DNA of 64,000 nt from positions 61,444,001 through 61,508,000 of the forward strand of contig NW_024704743.1 of NCBI RefSeq assembly GCF_018977255.1. Direction: 5' to 3'. Numbering within the stretch: position 1 is the first letter of the stretch; each line of letters opens with the position of its first letter. This document shows, one piece after another, positions 13,021-26,778 of this stretch. The notes beneath the pieces are model-generated. The model was not told where the DNA came from, did not search any database, and saw nothing but the letters and a program-made list of their open reading frames with translations. Both the position numbers and the translations under genes were made by a program. The stretch is from Callorhinchus milii. Taxonomy: Eukaryota.

Positions 13021-13924
13021 GACCTAAAGCCCCTTCAGAGATTTCCACACTCACTGATGCATTGAAATCTCATTTAACAGGTACCGTCTTATCTGCTTCT
13101 TAACAGACTCTAAATTATCACATTGAATCTGTTGAGAAACATTGCAATTTTCACCCCTTTATTTTCAGTTCGTCTTCATGAAGCGGTGTCAGCGTAATTG
13201 AATTGCGAAAGGATGTACTGCAGTGCTATTACGTCGACTCAACTCCGAGAAAAAGTGTTATTATGATAAAATTGAATATTCCACAGTGGTGACTTTATAG
13301 AGACTTAAAACTTATAGAGACTTAAGACTGATTAAAACACATGCCTGCACCTTGTGTTACAATTGGCTCCTAACTCCCTAGTCATTATGTGCTGGAATAT
13401 TCACTGGTGTTATTATTACCACTGTGGGCTCAGCAAGAGCCGATTGAGTGGAGGATGTGCTGTTTCAACACGTGCTTCATGCAGGAAGCTCAATGAGTTT
13501 GAATTAAACAAGAACACTTTTTTTAAACACGTTCAGTCAATGGAGGAGCTCTTACTTTGTTATTGGTCCTATGGTGCATTCATTTTACAAGGTTGCACTT
13601 GACACCAGTCTCAGCTGCAACAACAATATTACTAGTTAAATGAGGTGCTGCTCCTGATGCTGGACGAGGGGAAGTTCACCTTATGGGGTGTTCATTCCAC
13701 ACAACAGTAGCAGCAAGGGAACATTGCATCCCAATGCCTCACTGGTGCAAGACTCTATTCATTTATTTAAGACTTGGGCTGCCTTTACAGTCAGCAACAT
13801 GACATTCATATCGCTGGCCTCTACATATGTTCTATAAGCATCTGAGAAGATCTGGCAGCCAGAATTTTTTGCCAGATTGCACAGCCCTGACCCCAGGTAT
13901 TACAGATTACACAACACTGATTTG

Positions 13925-14045
13925 CCTCGCAAGTGAGAGACCTAGGTTCGAACTCCGGCAGGGCGAAACCTTAGGCAAGTTTCCTTACTCCACACGCCTC
14001 TGATTACCTAGCTCTAAGTAGAAAACCAGTTGTTAGTCAATCGAC
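13925..14045 (+). mobile_element. SINE long-variant head fragment
   Basis: cctcgcaagtgagagacctaggttcgaactcc...gcctctgattacctagc. Confidence 0.75.
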
Positions 14046-14162
14046 AGATCACCTACCCTCCAAAAAAAAACATACCTTCAGATTAAAATTTAAGGAGAGG
14101 GAAGGAATACATCAGATGTATTTGTGCTCATCTGGGTCCAATGTCTCAGACTGTTATAATGT

Positions 14163-14560
14163 GTGTCAACTTGGCTCAGTTGGGAGCATTCTCACCTTTG
14201 ATCAGAAAGTTGTGGATTCAAGCACTCGTTGGGACTTTGATATCATAGTTTAGGCTGACATTGCAATGCAATATTGGGGGAGAGTTATATTGTGAGAGGT
14301 GCCATCCTTCCTTCACAAGAAACATTAAAACAAGTCTCATCTTACTGTTTAGGTGGACACTATTTGAAAAAGGAAGGTTTTTTTTTCCTTGTCCTCCAGA
14401 TAAATTGGCCATTCACTCCATGGTTGTTTGTGGGACATAGTTGTGTGCAAATTGGCCGCCCATTCACCTACAGTTACACAAATGCTTTGCTTTACATTAA
14501 TTACCTGTAAAGCACTTAAAGGCATTCCAAAATTGTAGGTGCTTCAAAGTCAATAATTAT
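14163..14560 (+). mobile_element. Older Deu-type SINE
   Basis: gtcaacttggctcagttgg head and Deu-like gttgtttgtgggaca...aattggcc. Confidence 0.7.
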
Positions 14561-15503
14561 TTGTATTATTTAGTATATTTATAAAACAGAGTTAATGTGC
14601 ACTCAAAATCCACTATGTTCATGCAGCCTTTCATTTGGACCAGTTCCCAATTCCAGTAACAACTGCTCATTGATATCAGCAGCATGTTGAGGAGAGTGTT
14701 TGTATACTTTCTCTCTATTGATGCCCCTGTGGTCCCAATATGCTGACTTTTTTCAGAATATGTCCAATGCAAAATAGCCAAGGTTCACTGAGCAGGTCAA
14801 TTCTATGTGGGAATAAGATGTGCACTTTTTTGAAGTTCACCATCTTGTTGTTGAGCTGTTTTATAGAGCTTCCGCAGTAACTGAGGAAACAGACTGGCAA
14901 ATTGTTCACTCTCTGAAATGGCAGTGCTTCATCCTGCAGTTTAGATGTAAGTTCCAACTTGTTCATTTATAGACCTCAATTAACACTGTACAACCTGTGC
15001 ATCTTGTTAAAGTTTCCAAAATGTGTACGGCAAACATAGAGGTAAGTCTAGTGATATTCAAGTAAAGGCCTCATTATGTCTACATCGATATTAGCAGCAA
15101 AATAATAATAATTTATGCATTTGATATACTGCCTTTCACGTCGGTAGGACATCTCAAAGTGCCTCACCTTTAAGGCCATCAATGGCCTTGCCCCCTCCTA
15201 CCTCTCTGACCTGCTGACTCCCTACCAACCTGCCTGCTCCCTCCGTTCATCGGACTCCAGCCTTCTCCATGTCTCTCGCCCGACCCACCCTACCATCGGT
15301 GGCCGGGCTTTCAGCCTCTCTGCCCCCACACTCTGGAACTCCATCCCACAGTCCCTTCACCTTGCTTCCTCCCTTACCTCCTTCAAGGACGGTCTCAAGA
15401 CCCTTCTCTTCAACTGAGTCTTTGGTCTCCCTCCCATCTCTCTGCCTTCCCTCACCCCTACACCATCCTTCCTCCTTGCTCGGGCCCCGACACCTGACTG
15501 TTC

Positions 15504-16085
15504 CACAACAACAACTTGGATTTATATAGCGCCCTCCATGCCGGACGGAGTCTCAGAGCGCTTCACAGTAACAGATCCTGGGGCCGAGCCAGGGGGGGGG
15601 TGGGAGGAAGGTGACCAAAGGCGTGGTTAAAAAGAAAGGTCTTCAGCTGAGACCTGAAAATAGGAAGAGAGGAGACAAGACGAAGGGAGTTCCAGAGCCT
15701 TGGGGCATAGTGGTTAGAGCACTCGCTTTGTAAGTGAGAGACCTGAGTTCAGTTCCAGGCAGGGCGAAACCTTGGGCAAGTTTCCTTACTCCACACGCCT
15801 AATAATAATCCCTCCAAAAAAAAAAACAATAATAAATTGGTCATTTTCAATCCATATGACTGTTTGTGGGACATTGGTGTGCGCAATTGGCTGCCGCGTT
15901 CGCCCACAAATATACAGTCAATTCACTTTACAGTGTGTTCTGTGAAGCGCTTTGGGACGTCCTCCCGACGTGAAAAGCGCTATATCAAATGCAAGGATTA
16001 TTATTATTATAGTGGCTGAAAGCACGGCCGCCGAGGGTGGAGCCGAGAATTCGGCGGACAAGGAGGAAGCCAGACCCGGTGGAAC
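15504..16085 (-). mobile_element. L2 of a second subfamily, 3' fragment, split by a SINE
   Basis: (CAA)n tail at 15505; gagttccagagccttggggcatag continues as tggctgaaagcacggccgcc after the SINE. Confidence 0.75.
15709..16010 (+). mobile_element. Young SINE, short variant, slightly 5'-truncated
   Basis: Near-identical to 33212-33520; ATAGTGG duplicated at 15707-15713 and 16009-16015. Confidence 0.95.
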
Positions 16086-18064
16086 TCAGCACTTTGGGAC
16101 GTCCTCCCGACGTGAAAGGATCTGCAAATGTAATTTTCTTGTTGTTGTTGTTTCACAGGATTTATTGTAAAGTGCATTTTGTAGGCACACGCAGCAGCCA
16201 ATTTATGCACAGCAATGTCCCACAAACAGCCATGAAGTGAACAATGACCAAATTTATCTGTATTTGTTTGACCAGAACACCACAAAAATATCCTTTCTCT
16301 TTTCAAATAGTGCCATGGGAATCTTAGAAGTCCTCCTGAAAAGGCAGAGACCTAGGTCTATTTAACATCTCATTGAAGAATGAGACCTCCGCTAATACAG
16401 CACACCTTCAGTCTGCACTGAAGTGTCTGCCTAAAATATATGATTTGAAAGTCCTAATGTGGGACTTGAACGCACAACCTTCTGACTCAGAGACAAGAGT
16501 GCTTCAAACTGAGCCAGCCTGAAACCTAAAATGCACGTTAAGGTAAAAAATAATTTCATGTGAATTGTATAAATTGGAATCTATATGTGAATATTTAAAA
16601 ATTTTCTAAAATGACTGAAGCAATCTGATGTTCCTTACTTCCTAGCTTGAAGCCCTCAACAGAATTATTGTTGGCTTGATCTCCGATTCTCGGTTACATT
16701 TCTATGAGGGAAATAATCCCGCTCTCTGGAAGGTTGTTCCCTTTAGGGTGAACCCTTTACCATTTGATAGAAAACATTTACATTTATATAGAGCTATTCA
16801 CATAGGGAGAAAGTCTTAAAGTGCTTAACACTGCTGGCTGGGCATCCGAGTATGTGATGTGACGGTGATGTCACTGTATATTGGAAAAAGCTCTTAACAA
16901 TTGTTGCATAATGCTACAGCTGGAAGTTAAGTTATTTTGCTCCTGGCAGAATGGAGATGTAGAGCAGGAAATCCAATTTATGTTTTCACTTCCATATCAC
17001 TTTGAATCAGAACCAGGAAAAAANGCACCCTTTCTTCATCTCTTAGATGGTATTTAGGAAATGGGAATATTTCCCATTCCAGTTTTTCTCTATTCTAAGT
17101 ACTAAGACTCCTAACTTTCAGCATTAAATTCCCAATAAAACCGTTTTAAAAGAAAAACAACCTAATTTCATTCAGTGATGAACGTGCAGCTCAATGTATA
17201 TAAAATTAAATCATCCCGTAACCTCAATGAAACTAGTATTTGCCAGTTCAGGCACTTTTCATAAAAACAAATAATAATATAATTATCCCTGTATTTGGTA
17301 GAGCGCCTTATCACATTGCTAAGGATATATTGTAAAGTTGATTGACTGTGTATTTTGTGGGTGGAAGGCAGCAGCCACTTGACATTGATTACTTGTAAAG
17401 CACTTTGAAATTTTTCAACATTTTGAAAAAATCAAATGCAAGGATTATTATTTATTATTTAATATTATTTTTAAAAATATTATACTTGATCTTCCTTACT
17501 CTGGCACCTCAGGGAAGAGATACAATAAATTGTTTAATCAACCAATATAATAGTAACCTAACAATGCTACACACAATGAACCAGTGGATGCTTCTCAGTC
17601 ACCGGCAAGTGGCCGGAGAGAACCAGCGGCAAAGAGGTAAACGCAGTTTTCAATGTCATTGCTTCTGGATAAGGCTGTGCCACATGTATGCAAATGTTCT
17701 TTGGAGCCTGTAAACTTGCAGCAGAATCTCCTGCACGAAGCCTTTGGCTATTGTGTGGCGGTCATACTCTGCTTTTGTAGTCTTCAGACTGAGTTAACAG
17801 AAGATGGAACATAGATGTAGATTGGGCACTTGCTCCAACTTTTGTTTTTAACAAAAAAAAGAACATTTTTTACACTGACATCAAGTTACCCAGAGGTGGA
17901 GGTGTAAATGGAACAAATCCTCAGCTCCAAAAATAACCCCTAAAAGTCAGCACAGAGCAGGTGTATGTATGAATGCACTGACCAGAAAATAAATGTGGCA
18001 GGTGATTAAATTGCAACGAGTCCAAATTATAACTGTTAATGAACAACATTAAACTGGGGCAATT

Positions 18065-18452
18065 GCAGTGGTGCAGTGGGTAGAGCTGCAGCTTACAGAC
18101 TGAAAGCTTGTTGATTTGAATCCCGGACCATGCTGAGTTTGCTGGTCTCAGCCAGGGCTGCATGGGAGGTTAAATTGGGCCTGATCTTCCGAGGTTAGGG
18201 AGGTGACAACCAGATAGGGTTCCTGCTCCTGGTCCCTCTACAGCACCAGTTGTACGCACATCTTGCAACCAGGTGGGGAGAGGTCAGGCTCGACTGTGAC
18301 ACTCTCTACGGTGAAATGGCTTGCCAAACACTTACTGCAAAGGCTCACACATCAACATTGGTCACTTGTTCAGGGTATTAGACAACTGGGGAACTGCACA
18401 CTGCACGAGGAGGCCAGACCAGTAACAGGGAGGCTTATGCCATTGGGGAGAA
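18065..18452 (+). mobile_element. Ancient tRNA-derived SINE of a third family
   Basis: tRNA-like head tggtgcagtgggtagagc...ttgaatccc; body gctgagtttgctggtctcagcc...ggctcacac is shared with 52280-52535 and 57505-57740. Confidence 0.65.
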
Positions 18453-19369
18453 ATTTATAAAAAACAATTGGACACATTGAATTCTAAAATAATTAATTGA
18501 ATACTTGATATAGTGCTAAAACATGCCATGCGACTATTACAATTATAAGAAAATATTATCAATCTTCTAAATCTGCATTCATTTGGGTAGAAACGAATTG
18601 CAGGTTACCGTGGGCTCATAAACCTTTAATGAGGCTAGTCCTTACTGCTGCTTCATCCACTATATCGGCTCACTTACATACTACAGGGAATGCACGCTGT
18701 GTGTCATACTTAGACAACAGATGCTTCATTAAACAGACAGGAATGCAGGCCAGTTGGGTAAAGCACAAAACTGGCAAATTGACATCTTACAAAACAGATG
18801 GCATGCATCCAAAAAAATAGTATAAAAGGAGAATAATAAGATAACAATTTGCACTGACCTGTCACTTTTAGGGACGATTACTTTCATAATTCACATTTTG
18901 GTTTATCTCAAATAAATGGATTGCACTGAATTTTGTTGGCTTGCAATTGAGCCTCATTGGTACAAACATGCAAAAGACTAGTGAATGATTTATAGTTATT
19001 AGGGATTGATCTCACCCCTTAATACAAAGGTCCACATTCCTGTCATCACAGTAATCTCACACACTCTCCTCACAGCGACTATGCTGTTCCCAGAAGTTCT
19101 TGGCTACTGACAATCACTTAATTCACACACTTAATGCGACTTAATAGGAACTGTACTTTCAAAGCAAAAAAACAAAACTAAATTTTCTATTTATACTGAA
19201 TGCTGGGCTCAGCACTGAATGTGAAAATACTGAAGCAGGATTAGTAGACAGGGAACATGGGAAGATAATCTCTGTGCCATTGACAAGGTTGGTAAATATT
19301 TCAGTCACAGTTTAAAGGTAGACTTGCTTTTATTCTTAAAAGAGAATAGAGCAGTGAAGTACTGGTAAA

Positions 19370-19686
19370 ATAATAATAATAAATAATAATCCTTGCATTT
19401 GATATAGCGCTTTTCACGTCGGGAGGACGTCTCAAAGCGCTTCACAGAATACACTGTAAAGTGAATTGTCTGTACATTTGTGGGCGAACGCGGCAGCCAA
19501 TTGCACACAGCAATGTCCCACAAACAGTCGTAGATTGAAAATTACCAATTTATTATTGTTTTTGGTTTTGGAGGGATTATTATTAGGCGTGTGGAGTAAG
19601 GAAACTTGCCCAGGGTTTCACCCTGACCTGCCTGGGATTGAACTCAGGTCTCTCGCTTGCAAAGCGACTGAGCTACAGGACTCCAC
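19370..19686 (-). mobile_element. Young SINE, short variant
   Basis: Reverse complement of the family consensus with a small head deletion. Confidence 0.95.
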
Positions 19687-20516
19687 GGAAAAGGAAACAT
19701 TTGCAGTTTATGGTGAGCTTGCAATTACTGAGCTTCCTATGGACAATTTTGAATTGTTGAGCTATAACCACAAGAAGCTGTTAACATTACCTGAGCTTCT
19801 TGCAAGTAGGGCATTTACCACCAGGAGAAATAGATGACATTTATCGTACCTTTGGGCTAGATTCAAATCAGGTTTCATCAGAGAAGTTTCACTTCGAGAT
19901 AAAGTGCAACTTTTGCATAACAGATTTGAAGAGATAATAATCTTAAAAAGCACTGGAATTTCAGTCCATAAGTATCATTCTTTTTTAGGTCTGAACACGT
20001 ACCCTCCCCCAAAGATACAGGAATGCACCTGCATGGGTGCCATACATGAAACTTTCAGTCTAGGTTGGATATTTGTAAGCATTGGCCAAACTGTAACTAT
20101 GTTTTTTTATTTGGGGTCCCCAGACAGATACATTGCAATGGTCTTTTCTGGACCTTTGCATTCCTAGTCTTCCATGCCCAGGAGCTTTGGCATTGCCCAT
20201 TTTGGTTACAGCATAGACCACCAATGAAGGTGTGATGCCATTATTAAACCACCACACGTCTTTGAGAAGGAGATTTACACAAAGGTCTCGCAGGCAAATA
20301 CAGGATGATTTGGTGGCAGAGCTGAAACAAGTGCTGTCTGGCAGCTGCAGCTAAGATATTTGTGACAGCAGCCACAGTGACCCTGGAGCTGGACAGAAAC
20401 AGCTGTCTGTATCCAAACTCTGAGGAGTGTGGAAGGAAAATTGCAGCGTCAGAAAGAATATATTACTTATGAATTTAGTTGAATTGAACACTTTCTTTGA
20501 ACATATCACTGTTCAA

Positions 20517-20838
20517 TGGAGTCCTGTAGCTCAGTGGTTAGAGCACTCGCTTTGCAAGTGAGAGACCTGAGTTCAATCCCAGGCAGAGGGCGAAACCTTG
20601 GGCAAGTTTCCTTACTCCACACAGAGCCTAATAATAATCCCTCAAAAACCAAATAATAATAAATTGGTCATTTTCAATCTACGACTGTTTGTGGGACATT
20701 GCTGTGCGCAATTGGCTGCCGCGTTCGCCCACAAATATACAGTCAATTCAATTTACAGTGTGTTCTGTGAAGCGCTTTGGGACGTCCTCCCGATGTGAAA
20801 AGCACTATATCAAATACAAGGATTATTATTATTATTAT
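20517..20838 (+). mobile_element. Young SINE, short variant, full length
   Basis: tggagtcctgtagctcagtggttagagc...gattattattatt. Confidence 0.95.
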
Positions 20839-21715
20839 AAAGCCCAATTTATCACCTTGTACATTCCCCTCCAATTTATGCAATGATATGAGAGAATTAA
20901 AGGGGGATTGAAACATGTGATTCTTCCATAGAATCATAGTATGTGACAGCACAGAAACAAGCTGCGTGGCCTAATATGCCTGTGCTGGCGTTTTGTTCCA
21001 CATGAACCATCTAACCCAATCCCTCTCACCTGCTCACTCTCTATACTCCCCTTATTCAGTCAGGAGCCTGATATTCGCACTAATTAGGTCCAACTCCATT
21101 GTGAATAATAGGTCATTATGAAAAATATAAGGTGTTTGTTGTAAGGTGTTGTGGCCACAGCATCAGAGACAACAAGGTTGGCTGGTCAACCCAGTCCACT
21201 TCAGGTCTGGCTGGGCTGGTAACAAACCCATGTAACTGACAGTGCGATCAGCCCAGTACATCTGAAAACCTTGAAGATTCTGTCTGTGTATTCCTCACTC
21301 TCTGTATTTGACTGCCTCTCTGCCTTTCTTGTTTTATTGTCTGTCACACACAAAGAAACCTCAATTGGCAGTTGTTACACAATATGTTTTTTGCACTTCT
21401 CATTATTGGGGAGAAATACCACCTGGGAATAAATTTACTATTGTTATGCAACATTTTGGAGTGTCTAGAATTTGGCAAGTTCTTGAATACATTCTTAATT
21501 TTTAGGTCATTTCACTGTAAGATCTTTTAAGACCCACAGAAAATTGACTTCAAAGTTTCATGATTTGTTGATTTCTGGACCCTCTAAAACGCTACATTAT
21601 TAGAGTAAATCAATCCCCAGGTAGGATTTCTCCCATTGGTTGGGATTGGGCTGTAGACTTCGCTAGTGTCATCATTAATGCTATCATCCCAATGGGAAAT
21701 GCATGCAACATCTGT

Positions 21716-22030
21716 ATAATAATAATAATAACAATAATATAGGGCTTTTCACGTCTTCTAGACGTCTCAAAGCACTTCACAGAATATGCTGTAAAGTGAA
21801 TTGACTGTATATTTGTGGGCGAAACGCGGCATCCAATTGCGCACAGCAGTTTCCCACAAACAGTCGTGGATTGAAAATGACCAATTTAGTTATTATTGTT
21901 TTGTTTTGGAGGGATTATTATTAGGTGTGTGGAGTAAGGAAACTTGCCCAAAGTTCCGCCCTGCCTGGAATTGAACTCAGGTGTCTCGCTTGCAAGGTGA
22001 GTGCTCTAACCACTGAGCTACAGGACTCCA
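21716..22030 (-). mobile_element. Young SINE, short variant
   Basis: Reverse complement of the consensus; tail loop variant TAGAA. Confidence 0.93.
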
Positions 22031-23064
22031 CAATGGGATAGATGTCAACCAAAATAGGCATTCAGACGCATAAACTATAAGACTTGGTTCTGCTTAAGAT
22101 TTACTCACGGCAAAAGTTATGAATCATACTTTTTTTAAAAAAGTTCCTATTAAAATTGTGGGAAATCTGGATTCATTTTCACAACATTACCCTCACTTTC
22201 AAATCAGTGAAGATACACATGGTGCTGATTTTACTGTAATGTTGAAATAATGCTATGGTTAATGTTTGTGTCATTTGCATCAGTTGTGCTGCCAGCAGGA
22301 AGGATGAACTTATGGAGAAAGCTGCAGATCCCATAAGAAAACCCAAAGTTATTCATAAACGTTCTCCCTTGTAGTGATCAGACTTTCTTGTTCTGATGCT
22401 GATTGACACGCTGTACATCTCCAGCAGTTTTTGCTTTTGTTATAGAACAGATGGACAAGCTTCAAAAGAGATGACTCACAATGGACCTTTTCGAGACATA
22501 TCAGATAATTAGAGGTGAAAATTGGGATACGTGATGTGTTAATTCACACCAATGGCACTAACTAGCACATGCATTGAAACATTAATGATATTAGTCGCAG
22601 TTGGTACAATATCAAAACATCGCAAAATGCTTTAAAGGTAATTGCTGTCAAATATATATGTAGTCAAACAGTACAAGCATATTATGCACTCCCTTGTTTT
22701 TTTTCCAATAGTGCCATGGGATCTTAAACATCACCTGAACAGACAGCTAGGACCTTGGTGTAATATATCATCTGAAGGACAAGCAAAGTTTTGAACGTAC
22801 AAGCTTATGACAAGAGGCAAGAGCGCGATTGACTGAACCAAGATGATTTTTTGACACCAACAGGTCCCTGGTTGTGTTGCAGGCATCTCATCCCCCCAAA
22901 CTCCTCATCCCCAACTACCCTTTTCCCCCAAAACATTTTGCAAATCATTTTATCCAGAAGCCAGTCCAATTCTCACATTGTGGTATTAGACTGCCAGTTA
23001 GGGAAAGACCAGTTAAAATAAAATTATTGAAACCTTATTTCAATTTTATGGTGGCTGAGACAAG

Positions 23065-23270
23065 CAAAAACCTATAGTCAAGCTTAAAAGTATCCAACCG
23101 AGTCCCTCCTTTTTTAATGTCCAAACTGTAAGTCCTACATATCCATAGAAATTTCCCTGTATCAGGAATGGAATGCGCCCTCTCTCCAAGTGAGTTCAAC
23201 CCTGCTCTCCTAATCTCAGAAAGTATTAGATTCAGGTTGGCAAGAGCCAAGGCTTGGGGACTTAAGAGTT
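23065..23270 (+). repeat. Unclassified dispersed repeat, copy 1
   Basis: gcttaaaagtat...gaaatttccctg...caggttggcaagagccaaggcttgggga is shared with 58086-58390 and others. Confidence 0.75.
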
Positions 23271-23544
23271 TAGTTATTTCACACACATTAACCACCACAT
23301 TGAATTTGGCTTCTCTACCGTCTCCCTGGACACTGAATCTAGAATCCATGGATAGCAAAAAAAAATGAGCTGTATATTTCAGGCTTTGCTGCACACTGTG
23401 CTCCACAGTGGATCCTTCAGGGGTTGAGAAGGCTGTATACAGGATTCTAGAGGATTGAAAAAAATTAAAATAATCCTATACTTGCATACTTCTCAATTAA
23501 TTTCCTTACCAAAAAACAGTCAAATTCCCTGATGAATTTGCTGG

Positions 23545-24312
23545 TACAATCCTGCGGCTGAATGTGGACAAAACGCAAGCCATGCTCTTTGGCTCGTGTC
23601 AACGTCTTCACTCCTGCGGATCTGAACTCCTCAACCTCCCTTGGCTCTCCTTCAGAATCACTGAAACAGTGTGCAATCTAAGCGTCCAGTTCGACCCCCA
23701 ACTGTCCTACCTCCCCCACATCCGGTTCCTGACCAGGACCGCCTTCCTCCACATTATCTGCTTCTGACCATACCTTACCCCAAATGAGCCGAAACCCTCG
23801 GGCATGCGTTTGTCACCTCCCTCCTGGATTACTCCAACACACTCCTCGCCGGTCTCCCCAACTCCACTATTCAAAAAATCCAGCTCATTCAGAACTCTGC
23901 TGCCCACATATTGACCCGGACCAAACTCCATACCCACATCTCACCAGTTCTGGCCAGGCTCCATTGACTCCCCATCATCGAACTGATCGACTTCAAGATT
24001 CTCACACTCGTGTTCAAATCCATTCACTCCCTGGCACCTCCCTACCTCTCCAACCTTCTCACTTCCCAATCCACCACACGACACCTCCGCTTGACTGGCA
24101 CCGGCCTCCTGCTTGTCTCTCACACCCTCCGCTCCACCATTGTGCTTTTAGCCACTACGCCCCAAAACTGTGGAACACTCTCCCTCAATCCCTTCGCCTT
24201 GTTCCCTCTCTCCCTTTTTCCAAGTCCTGCCTGAAAATCTTCCTTTTTGACCGTGCTTACTGAGACGCTACCCTGCGTGGAGGGTGCTATATAATTGCAA
24301 GTTGTTGTTGTT
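23545..24312 (+). mobile_element. L2 3' fragment, divergent subfamily
   Basis: [32 protein letters not shown] and APKLWNTLPQSLR; (GTT)n tail. Confidence 0.9.
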
Positions 24313-25761
24313 CTTGACTCCACTGGCTCCTTGGGTGGTCCATTCCACATATTCAGAGCTCTCTGTGTAAAGTTATTCAATCAAAACTGTTGTTCGCCTT
24401 TCCTCTTGCGAGTTTGCGTCTGTGTACTCTTGCAGTAAATTTTTATGTCTTAATCTCCATTCTGATAGTGTACCCTCAAAAGTAACAGTATGGTGTTTCT
24501 ATTTCCCACAACCTGCGGCCTCTGAGTGAGATTGCCAATTTAGTGTCAAGTTTGTGTCAAAATAAAAGCACTTATTCATATACTCTATTCATTTACCAGC
24601 ACTAGATAGAGGGCGAGAACTTCCCTGGACTCACAAAGGATTGTAACGCCAACAGAGAGCAGAGACTTTCACCAATTATTTCTGGACTAGATTCAAATCC
24701 AAGGCTTCCCAAGATTCACATCCTCCCCAGTCCCTCTTTTTTATTTTGTATTTACAATCCACTACCAAACTATTTTCAAGATTTTATTTTACTCATTGTA
24801 TAAGCTCTTTTTGAAACAATATGAAAATGGCACAGTAGACAGCTTCCTAAATTTGTTTGCTGGCTTTGCTTTCTCCTAGATTCACAGCACGACTGCAGAG
24901 GGGTTTACAAAAGATCTCAGATGAACCCTTCTAATCCTATATTTTCAATTCATCCAGGAACGGATAGACTCTCAATTTTCAGAGCAGACTTCCTGGCTTC
25001 ACATTCCCATTCAAAGATACCTCACTGTCTGGAAGCGTGCAGTCAAGAAGTCTGAATGGCAAATCAGGAGGTGAAAGACTCCTAGATAACTTACATGGTT
25101 CACAATTTCTCCATCCAGGCTCAACCTCATCTATGTTTTGTTTTTTATGGATCGTCATCAATGGGATTTTATTGATAGTGTTGGTCCCACTCAAATCTGG
25201 CTTTGGACCAGATCCCAGAGACTGAGGATATATTAAGGTTTGTGACCTTCAGAGAGTGTGTTGCATCTCTCTGGTATTGATTATTCTAGCAACAGAAAAA
25301 ATACACCTTTTTGTTGTGAAGCTTTTCCTGTATACAGAAACTGCTACAAATTTAGTTTTCCCTCCAGCTATGTTAACCTTTACAGCCTGACAATAACTGA
25401 TTGCATATAAATGCCATGGGATTCCGAAGAGTTCAATGTAATAAAAGATAAAATGAAAAAGGATAATACTTTTTCATCATCCGCCCTTTAAGAGCCTAGC
25501 TTTTTATGTATACTACCTAGATTCCTGCTGCTGTTTCATAATTTCTCATAATAGCTCCAAAAGTAACCTGAACAAGTTACAGAGTGTGAATGTACTAACC
25601 CTCTGCAACAGTATTAACCCTGACTAACAGCAGGACTTGAGAGTCTAAATGCTCAATTTGAAATGAATAAATAGGGTCATCCCTCCAGAGAGAGAAAGCA
25701 TACTCCATACGAGACAATCAGAAACCATACATATGTGGAACTCAGTGATTTGAAGTCTTTT

Positions 25762-26220
25762 AACAACAACAACAAATTTACATTTATATGGCACTTTTCA
25801 CAATGGGAGGGTATCCAAAGGTGCTGAACAGTCCAGGGTTTGCACCCAAGCTGGGGTGGGAGTTGAGTGGGGTGGGGGCCGATGAGGGTGGGGGCCGAGG
25901 AGGATCAGGTTGCGGGGGATAAAGATGGGCAAACACATTGTCAAAGTGGAAGGTCTTGAGGCAGAACTAGGATAGGAAAGTCATTGGAACTCTGTGCTGG
26001 AGTTCCAGAGAATGGGACCCCAACCGCCGATGGTGTGGTAGGCAGAGCAGGGGATTTAAAGCAGAGCAGTGCCTGCTAAGAGGAGTAGGTGGCTGAGTTG
26101 ATAGGATTTGAGGTGGTCGCAGAGGTAGGTTGGGACGGCATGGAGGAATTTAAAGGTTAGGATGAGAATCTTGAACTTGATCTGTGGGGAATGCGGAGCT
26201 AGTACAGTGGGGTGAAGATT
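25762..26220 (-). mobile_element. Degraded L2 3' fragment
   Basis: (CAA)n tail, ggagttccagag and gatgagaatcttgaac (FKILIL on the minus strand). Confidence 0.75.
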
Positions 26221-26452
26221 GATTGAAGAAGATTAAGCAAACTGATAGGTTTCTGAGTGAGTCAGACACCTGGCTGACTTTTTAAAATATTCTTATGTAA
26301 GTGATACTGGCTCCTGTTAGTGAGTTTACACTCGCCCCCAGCTTTCCCAACCCTCTCCATTTAATTGGCCGCATACCCCAAAATTCTGGTGTGACTGCAA
26401 ATATATACTTTGCTTTAACTCCTGACATGCCTGAAACAGCAGCAAAGAGAAG

Positions 26453-26778
26453 TAATAATAATAATAATAATAATCCTTGCATTTGATATAGCGCTTTTCA
26501 CGTCGGGAGGACGTCCCAAAGTGCTTCACAGAACACACTGTAAAGTGAATTGACTGTATATTTGTGGGCGAACGCGGCAACCAATTGCGCACAGCAATGT
26601 CCCACAAACAGTCGTAGATTGAAAATGACCAATTTATTATTGTTTTTTGTTTTGGAGGGATTATTATTAGGCGTGAGGAGTAAGGAAACTTGCCCAAGGT
26701 TTCGCCTCTGCCTGGAATTGAACTCAGGTCTCTCACTTGCAAAGCGAGTGCTCTAACCACTGAGCTACAGGACTCCAC
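26453..26778 (-). mobile_element. Young SINE, short variant, full length
   Basis: Reverse complement of the consensus. Confidence 0.95.

Larger units (their letters stand above)
15162..16151 (+). mobile_element. L2 3' fragment, itself split (15162-15503 and 16086-16151)
   Basis: Near-identical to the L2 at 40827-41388; cacctgactgtt resumes as tcagcactttgggacgtcc. Confidence 0.9.
15101..16525 (-). mobile_element. Older Deu-type SINE split by nested insertions (pieces 15101-15166 and 16152-16525)
   Basis: The tail piece ...tctcaaagtgcctcac resumes as ttcacaggatttattgtaaag at 16152. Confidence 0.75.

Noticed and set aside
16011..16085. GC-rich stretch reading like a captured mRNA fragment (AESTAAEGGAENSADKEE)
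   Set aside because: It is the continuation of the minus-strand L2 interrupted by the SINE.
20517..20600. Genuine tRNA-Ala genes at SINE heads
   Set aside because: Each continues into a SINE body and L2-type tail, so these are SINE heads.
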